Assembly (NCBI GenBank): GCA_034436755.1
Contig: DAOTVB010000015.1
Coordinates: forward strand, 56,516-120,515
Source of the DNA: Chloroflexaceae bacterium
Lineage (GTDB): Bacteria > Chloroflexota > Chloroflexia > Chloroflexales > Chloroflexaceae
Reading direction: 5' to 3'
DNA: 64,000 nucleotides
Below the pieces are notes generated by a model. The model ran no database searches. It was not told where the DNA came from and saw nothing but the letters and a program-made list of their open reading frames with translations. A program made the translations under genes and the position numbers. Positions 57,726 to 64,000 of this stretch are shown one piece after another (position 1 is the first letter of the stretch; the number at the start of each line of letters is the position of its first letter).

Positions 57726-58067
57726 CTATTGTAGCACAGACGGCGGACCGCCCTGTCGCATGCGCCAGTGAACCCAGCGCTGCCGCACATGACTCCCCCG
57801 CCAGCGCGCCGGGAAGTAATCGCCATCGCTGGTAACGACCACCGAGCGAACGCCCCCCGGCACCATGCCATAGGCACGTTCGATGCGCGGATCGAGCACC
57901 GCGCGATAGAACAGCACAGCAACGACGCTGTGGTAGGGAACCGTCAATCCATTGTAGCCCAGCCAGAGCGTCTCCACCGTTTGCTGTCCCACCTTTCCAC
58001 AGGCTATCAGTGCGTCGAACCATTCCGGCATGATCGTGTGCGGGGCATTATACCATCCGGTCCTCAA
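57726..58067 (-). CDS. Hypothetical protein, 113 aa, translationally coupled to recG (ATGA overlap)
   Basis: In-frame ORF filling the gap between recG and the SRPBCC gene. No family recognised. Confidence 0.4.
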   Translation of the reverse strand: MRTGWYNAPHTIMPEWFDALIACGKVGQQTVETLWLGYNGLTVPYHSVVAVLFYRAVLDPRIERAYGMVPGGVRSVVVTSDGDYFPARWRGSHVRQRWVHWRMRQGGPPSVLQ

Positions 58068-60601
58068 CTCGACCCCTCGGCCTTCTCCCAGAAGTCCTGC
58101 ACCTTTGCGCGTAACGGCGCATGCTCGGCGCGCTCGAGCTGCGGATCTTCTGCCAGGATCTGCTGCGCCTCGCGGTTGGCGGCATGCAGCAGGCGAGTGT
58201 CGGCCAGGCGTGCCACCTTCAGGTCGGGCATACCGCTCTGGCGCTTGCCCAGGAACTCGCCCGGGCCGCGCAGTTGCAGGTCGATCTCGGCCAGCTTGAA
58301 GCCGTCGTGCGTGCCCTCCATCGCCTCCAGCCGCTGCTGCGTCACCTCGTTATCAATATCGCTGACCAGGATGCAGTAGCTCTGATGTTCACCCCGCCCG
58401 ACGCGCCCGCGGAACTGATGCAGTTGCGCCAGCCCGAAGCGCTCGGCTCCGTCGATCATAATTGTCGTGGCGTTGGGCACATCAATACCGACCTCCACCA
58501 CCGCCGTCGCCACCAGGATGTCAAACTCGTGATCGCGGAAGGCACGCATCGCCAGATCTTTCTCGCGGGGCAGCATGCGCCCATGGATCAGGCCCACCCG
58601 CAGATCGGGGAAGACCTCGTTCTGCAACTGCACATAGGTCTCCTCGGCGGAGGGCAGATCGATCTTCTCGCTCTCCTCCACCAGCGGGCAGATCACGAAT
58701 GCCTGGCGACCCTTGCCAATCTCTTTGCGCATATGCCGGTACGCCTTCTCCCGTTCGCCCCGGGTGATCCAGCGTGTCTTAATCTCCTGACGGCCCGGCG
58801 GCAGTTCATCCAGCACCGAGGTATCCAGGTCGCCATAGATCGTCAGGGTCAGCGTGCGCGGGATGGGCGTGGCGGTCATGACCAGCATATGCGGGTTCAG
58901 CCCCTTCTGCTTGAGCCGCTCGCGCTGTTCCACCCCAAAGCGGTGCTGCTCGTCAATCACAACCAGGCCCAGGCTCTGGTACTGCACGCCCTCGGTAATC
59001 AGCGCGTGGGTGCCGATTACCAGATCCACTTCGCCGTTAGCAATCGCCTCCAGCACCCGCCGTCGATCCTTCACCCCCAGGCTGCCGGTCAGCAGCGCGA
59101 CCCGCACGCCTTCGCCGCCCAGGTCATCCTCCGGCACCATATTCAGCAGGCGCTTGAGTTCTTCCAGGCGGGCCAGTTGTTCCGCGTCGGCCTCACTCTT
59201 CCAGTCATCCAGCGGCTGTCCCTCGCTGTCGGTTGGCTTGCGCGGCACCCGGATCTGCCCCAGCAACTGCCGCAGGCCTTTGTAGTGCTGCTCGGCCAGG
59301 ATCTCCGTGGGGGCCATCAGTGCGCCCTGCAACCCGGCGGCCACTGCCTGCAAGAGCGCCGCCGCCGCCACAATCGTTTTGCCGCTGCCCACATCACCCT
59401 GGAGCAGGCGCGCCATCGGCACCGGCCGGTGCATGTCGGCGAAGATCTCTGCCAGCGTGCGCTGCTGCGCTCCGGTCAGGGCAAAGGGCAACTTCGCCAG
59501 CAGATCGGCATGCACCGCTTCATCAACATTGACGGCATAGCCCAGTTCGCCCTGCCAGAGAATGCGCCGCTGGATCACCCCCAGTTGAATAAACAGAAAC
59601 TCGTCAAATCCCAGACGATGCCGCGCCCGCTCCAACAACTCGGGGCTATCCGGGAAGTGCATCTGGGCCAGCGCCTCGGGCAGGGGCAGCAGATTGGCCC
59701 GCTCCTGCACTGCGGCCGGCAGGTAGTCGTGGACCTGCGGGGCCGCCAGATCCACCACCTGCTTGATAATCCGGCGGGCGTTGCGCTCGTACAATCCTTT
59801 GGTCAGCGGATGCACCGGCACCAGCCGGCCGGTGTGGATCAACTGGTCGGCGTTGAAAGGCTCCCAATCCGGCGAGGTCATCTGGCGCAACCCCTGATAG
59901 GAAGTCACTTTGCCGCTCAGTACCACCTTACGCCCGATGGTGAACTGCTGGGCCAGCCAGCGCGCCCCAAAAAAGACCACCTTGAGCAGGCCGCTCTCGT
60001 CCCGCACCTGCACCTCAACGCCGTCGCGCCCGGTTTTGGTGCGAAAGGTCCGCACATCGCACACCTGACAGACAACCGTCTCAATCGAGCCGATGGTCAG
60101 GTCGGCAATGCATTTCTGCGAGGTGTAATCATCGTAGCGATGCGGAAAATGGTAGAGCAGATCCGCAACCGTATGCAGCTTGAGCCGCTTGAAGGCGTTG
60201 ACCGTAGTGCGCCCGATCCCCGGCACGTTCGCAATCGGCGAGTCGGGACGCAGCGGGCCGGATGCGGGGGTTGGCTGGTTTGATCGGGCCGGCTGGCGCG
60301 GCTGGCGCGGGGCCGCTGCTTTGGCCGAGTTGGAGGGTTCAGCGGTTTTAAACAGCGCACGCAACCCCGCCAGCGCCTGAGTCAACTGCTCCTGGCGCGC
60401 GGAAACCGGCTGGTCGTCATACGCTGCCAACAGATCCAGCGCGGCGCGGACCGCCGGAACCTCCAGCGCGCCGTTGGAGTTGGACTGCCAGGCGGTCAGA
60501 AACGCCTGCAACCCACCATCGACAGCGCTGTTATCACAGCCGCGCCGCTCCTCCTCGGCCAGTACCTTCCCCAGGTTGATAATCTGATCGCGTTCTTGCA
60601 T
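58064..60601 (-). CDS. recG: ATP-dependent DNA helicase RecG
   Basis: Wedge domain plus SF2 helicase motifs (GDVGSGKT, DEQHRFG, TATPIPRT, QLHQFRGRVGRG); 845 aa. Confidence 0.9.
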   Translation of the reverse strand: MQERDQIINLGKVLAEEERRGCDNSAVDGGLQAFLTAWQSNSNGALEVPAVRAALDLLAAYDDQPVSARQEQLTQALAGLRALFKTAEPSNSAKAAAPRQPRQPARSNQPTPASGPLRPDSPIANVPGIGRTTVNAFKRLKLHTVADLLYHFPHRYDDYTSQKCIADLTIGSIETVVCQVCDVRTFRTKTGRDGVEVQVRDESGLLKVVFFGARWLAQQFTIGRKVVLSGKVTSYQGLRQMTSPDWEPFNADQLIHTGRLVPVHPLTKGLYERNARRIIKQVVDLAAPQVHDYLPAAVQERANLLPLPEALAQMHFPDSPELLERARHRLGFDEFLFIQLGVIQRRILWQGELGYAVNVDEAVHADLLAKLPFALTGAQQRTLAEIFADMHRPVPMARLLQGDVGSGKTIVAAAALLQAVAAGLQGALMAPTEILAEQHYKGLRQLLGQIRVPRKPTDSEGQPLDDWKSEADAEQLARLEELKRLLNMVPEDDLGGEGVRVALLTGSLGVKDRRRVLEAIANGEVDLVIGTHALITEGVQYQSLGLVVIDEQHRFGVEQRERLKQKGLNPHMLVMTATPIPRTLTLTIYGDLDTSVLDELPPGRQEIKTRWITRGEREKAYRHMRKEIGKGRQAFVICPLVEESEKIDLPSAEETYVQLQNEVFPDLRVGLIHGRMLPREKDLAMRAFRDHEFDILVATAVVEVGIDVPNATTIMIDGAERFGLAQLHQFRGRVGRGEHQSYCILVSDIDNEVTQQRLEAMEGTHDGFKLAEIDLQLRGPGEFLGKRQSGMPDLKVARLADTRLLHAANREAQQILAEDPQLERAEHAPLRAKVQDFWEKAEGSS

Positions 60602-60866
60602 ATTTTATGTAAAGTTTAGGATTGAGCAGCCGGATTACGCATAGCGGTTCTCACCTGACCCGCGCCCAACCCACGCGTCTTCTTGCCGTATGTGCGCCTA
60701 TCCTACCACATTCGCGCGCGCTCTGGCAACGGATGCGGTCGAAACTGACGGCGTTTTTCCCGCCACACTATTCGCAGTGATATGCCGCCAGATTGCACTT
60801 GACAGAGACTGCCCACCGTGGTATTCTTGTGCAGACGATACAACCAAACAGGGGTCTGTGATAGAT

Positions 60867-60962
60867 ATGTTGCCCATAAACTTTTCGTTCATTCTTATTA
60901 GTGTAGTACTTGTACTCCTCCTTATTGGGTGGAGTTATCGGCACTTGGGAGGAACGAAGTAA
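60867..60962 (+). CDS. Candidate ilv leader peptide (31 aa, 14 Ile/Leu/Val) or small membrane peptide
   Basis: MLPINFSFILISVVLVLLLIGWSYRHLGGTK, 640 nt upstream of ilvB. A terminator hairpin follows 37 nt after the stop. The RBS is weak. Confidence 0.3.
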   Translation: MLPINFSFILISVVLVLLLIGWSYRHLGGTK

Positions 60963-60998
60963 GCAGCCCCTGGCAAGCGAAGAGATTTGGAAGCAAAA

Positions 60999-61027
60999 CC
61001 TCCCAGGCAATCTGGGGGGTTTTTTTA
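60999..61027 (+). terminator. Intrinsic terminator / attenuator candidate
   Basis: cctcccag gcaat ctgggggg followed by ttttttt (8-bp stem including one G-U pair). Confidence 0.6.
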
Positions 61028-61603
61028 CTGCCAACACTGGAGCAGGAAATGCAATCTTTTTTACGTAAAATCAAAGGCTTGCTTGCCGGTCTTGCCGTCC
61101 CACAACAACGCCCTGTGCCGGTGTTGGTCCCGGTCCCGGTACGGCGACGGTTCCCACGGCGCTGAGAGCGGCGGACCCGATCCGCACGACTGGCGCTCTG
61201 TTACCAGTCGATAGTCCACCCACCGTCTGTGCGCGGCAGCATCGCCCCGCCGTTGCGCACACCACAACGCAGTGAGCGACGGTGTTGCCCGATTGTTCAG
61301 GGCCCGGATGGATTGCATTCATCTGGCGGCCTTTTCCCGCAATGTTCGTACAAGCCCCATAGCAGTGTTGCAATATCAGTGTGTGGAGCACTGGGTGGCT
61401 TCGGGTTGCCTGTTTTTTCACCCGGAGTGTGATGAAGCCTCAAAATCATTGGGTGAAGTTCCAGACCTTGTGTAAAACGCGCCGCGCGCGGAAATCAACA
61501 AGGTCTGGAACCGCAGGCATACCCGTCAGAGTATCGTTATGTGTGGTCGTTACCGTACTATAGAACCGTAGTAGTTCAAACAGCTTAGCAGGAGGTTGTT
61601 CTC

Positions 61604-63397
61604 ATGTCCGATCAACAGCTTACCGGCGCGCAGATCATGTGCGAAGCCCTGATCCGCGAGGGTGTGGAGGTCATGTTCGGGATTCCCGGCGGGGCAATTA
61701 TGCCGTTCTACTTTGCGATGTGGGATTATCGGGATCGGCTGCGGCATGTGCTCTGCCGCCACGAGCAGGGCGCAGGACATGCCGCCGAGGGCTACGCCCG
61801 CGCTACCGGCAAGGTGGGCGTCTGCATCGGCACCAGCGGTCCCGGCGCAACCAACCTGGTGACGGCCATCGCCGACGCGATGATGGACAGTACGCCGCTC
61901 GTCGCCATTACCGGACAGGTGGCAAGTTCCGTTCTCGGGAAAGATGCCTTCCAGGAGACCGACATTGCCGGCATTACGATGCCGGTTACCAAGCACAATT
62001 ATCTCGTCAAAGATATTGAAGATCTTCCCCGCGTTTTTAAAGAAGCTTTCCATATTGCCGCCACGGGCCGTCCCGGTCCCGTCTTGATCGACATCACCAA
62101 AGATGCCCAGCAGGCCCGCATGGTGCCCAACTGGGATGTGCAGTTGACTCTGCCCGGCTACCGGCCGACCTACCAGGGCAATCGCAAGCAGATCCGCGAG
62201 GCGCTGAAGCTGTTGCTGGGCGCAAAGAAACCGCTGATTATGGCCGGCAACGGCGTGATTATGTCCGGTGCGCATAGTGAGTTGCGCACCCTGGCCGAGC
62301 GCACCGGCATCCCCGTGATTACTACACTCCACGGCATCGGCTCCTTCCCCGAAGAGCACCCGCTGAGTATCGGCATGCCCGGCATGCATGGCTGGGTGCA
62401 TGTGAACCGCGCCATCCAGGAGTGCGATGTGCTGTTCAACATCGGCGGGCGCTTTGACGACCGCGTGACCGGCAAGGCCGGCACCTTCGCGCCCAATGCA
62501 AAAGTTATCCACGTTGATATTGACCCCAGCGAAATCGGCAAGAATGTGAAAGTCACCGTGCCGATTGTCGGTGATGCGCGCAATGTGCTGACCGCCATCC
62601 TGGAAGAAATGCCGGATAAGGAAGGCATGGCTGACCTGCATGGCAACACCAACAACTGGATGGAGCATATCCGCGAGATGCAGTCGAAGCACCAGCACAA
62701 GCAGCAGTATGTGGCTCGACCGGATACGCCGATGTACCTGCCGCCACACGATGTTTATGCGATCCTGACGCGCATGCTCAACGAGCGCGGCAGCTACCGC
62801 GTGGTCACCGATGTGGGGCAGCATCAGATGTGGGCAGCGCAACTACTCGACTGGCATCGTCCGCGCACGCACATGACCAGCGGGGGTGCCGGCACGATGG
62901 GCTTTGCGGTTCCGGCGGCGATGGGCGCGGCCATTGCCTGCCCCGACGAGACCGTCTGGGCGGTCTGCGGCGACGGCGGCTTCCAGATGACTAATCAGGA
63001 GATCGCCACGATTGTGCAAGAGGGGCTTAACAACGTCAAGATTGCCGTGATCAACAATGGCTACCTGGGCATGGTGCGCCAGTGGCAGGAGCTGTTCGAG
63101 AACAAGCGCTACAGCGGTACGCCGCTCAGTGGCCCCAACTTTGTCAAGCTGGCGGAGGCTTACGGCATCAAGGGGATCGCCGTTGAGCATACCAGTATGG
63201 TTGAGACGGCCATCCAGGCAGCCTACGACCACGACGGCCCGGTGCTGATTGACTTCCGGGTGGAGCGCGAGGTGAATGTTTTCCCGATGGTGCCGCAGGG
63301 CAAGAGCATCGGCGATATGATCACCGAAGCCCCGATTATCGAGCCGGCTAACCCGGATGTCTCCATCGTCACCAACCCGGAGCCCGAGTCGGTCTAG
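61604..63397 (+). CDS. ilvB: Acetolactate synthase large subunit
   Basis: TPP-enzyme motifs (GIPGGAIMPFY, GDGGFQM...NN); 597 aa. AGGAGG RBS. Confidence 0.95.
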   Translation: MSDQQLTGAQIMCEALIREGVEVMFGIPGGAIMPFYFAMWDYRDRLRHVLCRHEQGAGHAAEGYARATGKVGVCIGTSGPGATNLVTAIADAMMDSTPLVAITGQVASSVLGKDAFQETDIAGITMPVTKHNYLVKDIEDLPRVFKEAFHIAATGRPGPVLIDITKDAQQARMVPNWDVQLTLPGYRPTYQGNRKQIREALKLLLGAKKPLIMAGNGVIMSGAHSELRTLAERTGIPVITTLHGIGSFPEEHPLSIGMPGMHGWVHVNRAIQECDVLFNIGGRFDDRVTGKAGTFAPNAKVIHVDIDPSEIGKNVKVTVPIVGDARNVLTAILEEMPDKEGMADLHGNTNNWMEHIREMQSKHQHKQQYVARPDTPMYLPPHDVYAILTRMLNERGSYRVVTDVGQHQMWAAQLLDWHRPRTHMTSGGAGTMGFAVPAAMGAAIACPDETVWAVCGDGGFQMTNQEIATIVQEGLNNVKIAVINNGYLGMVRQWQELFENKRYSGTPLSGPNFVKLAEAYGIKGIAVEHTSMVETAIQAAYDHDGPVLIDFRVEREVNVFPMVPQGKSIGDMITEAPIIEPANPDVSIVTNPEPESV

Positions 63398-63400
63398 GCA

Positions 63401-63519
63401 GGGGCGAATAATTTGGTAGGGGCGAATAATTATTCGCCCCTACGTCCCTACGTTCCGACGACGATAGGCAATCCAACCATAACCGAATCTGACAGCAGAG
63501 GGCAAATAATTATTTGCCC
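63401..63519. repeat. Twin perfect palindromes, plus a half-site, in the ilvB-ilvN spacer
   Basis: gtaggggcgaataattattcgcccctac (28 bp, 63416-63443) and gggcaaataattatttgccc (63500-63519). A half-site ggggcgaataattt lies at 63401-63414. Confidence 0.85.
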
Positions 63520-63551
63520 CTACTCTTGAACAGTTCAAGGAGAACCCTCCC

Positions 63552-64000
63552 ATGCATAAGCATACAATCGTCGCGCTGATGCAAGACCAACCCGGTGCGC
63601 TGAGCCGCGCCGTGAACCTGTTTCGCCGCCGGGGGTACAATATCGCCAGCCTGGCCGTGGGCCACACCGAGACGCCCAACGTGAGCCGTATGACTGTGGT
63701 GGTCGAGTCGGAAGATGTCGAGCAGGTGGTCAAGCAACTCTACCGGCTGATTGATGTGATCAAGGTCAGTGATGTGACCGAAGATCCGACCGTGGACCGC
63801 GAGATGGCGCTGGTGAAGGTGCAGGCCGGCAGCAAGAACCGGGCGGAGATTGCCACCCTGTCTGAGATCTTTGATGCTAAAATTGTGGACGTTGCCGCCA
63901 ACTCAATGATTATCGAGATGACCGGCACGCCGTCCAAGGTTGAGAATTTTATCGAGGTGCTGCGGCCCTTCGGCATCAAGGAGATGATGCGCACCGGGCG
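63552..64000 (+). CDS. ilvN: Acetolactate synthase small (regulatory) subunit, 3'-truncated by the window end
   Basis: MHKHTIVALMQDQPGALSRAVNLFRRRGYNIASLAV is a canonical ACT-domain start. There is no stop within the window. Confidence 0.85.
   Translation, partial: MHKHTIVALMQDQPGALSRAVNLFRRRGYNIASLAVGHTETPNVSRMTVVVESEDVEQVVKQLYRLIDVIKVSDVTEDPTVDREMALVKVQAGSKNRAEIATLSEIFDAKIVDVAANSMIIEMTGTPSKVENFIEVLRPFGIKEMMRTG

Noticed and set aside
57768-58379. 203-aa plus-strand ORF across the recG 3' end
   Set aside because: It is antisense to recG and to the 113-aa coupled ORF. Its Arg/Ser/Ala-rich composition is typical of a GC-frame artifact.

Overview
This is a 64-kb, high-GC (about 60%) bacterial chromosomal segment. 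Gene content suggests Chloroflexota: a Uma2/DUF820 endonuclease, several RsbW/STAS partner-switching genes, an acyl-CoA carboxyltransferase, ANTAR and Yip1 genes, and PT-linker secreted proteins. This placement is inference only. I call about 50 CDS, mostly housekeeping: aspartate aminotransferase, aspS, recG, rph, holA, murJ, rpsT, rpmB, ilvE, ilvB/ilvN, DAHP synthase with an AroH chorismate mutase, a FakA/FakB-like (YloV/DegV) cluster, uvsE, a cyclophilin and a GT4 glycosyltransferase. I found no rRNA, tRNA, CRISPR, transposase or integrase. Three things stand out. First, at least 13 copies of a modular, strictly intergenic palindromic repeat element of about 150-230 bp. Its central 35-45-bp hairpin sits between a T-run and an A-run; it differs in sequence between copies yet is (near-)perfectly self-complementary in every copy. 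Second, an 8.6-kb five-gene minus-strand operon (48240-56871). It encodes a 1276-aa acidic protein with more than 25 PDWL short-motif repeats and a twice-membrane-anchored C-terminal domain, three polytopic membrane proteins, and a GlmL/MutL-type actin-fold ATPase with C-terminal tandem repeats. Third, smaller repeats and regulatory candidates: a complex minisatellite with (CCGTAG)n at 1497-1903, a (GGGTTAC)5-6 G-rich repeat, a branched-chain-rich leader peptide plus terminator upstream of ilvB, and twin perfect palindromes splitting ilvB from ilvN.
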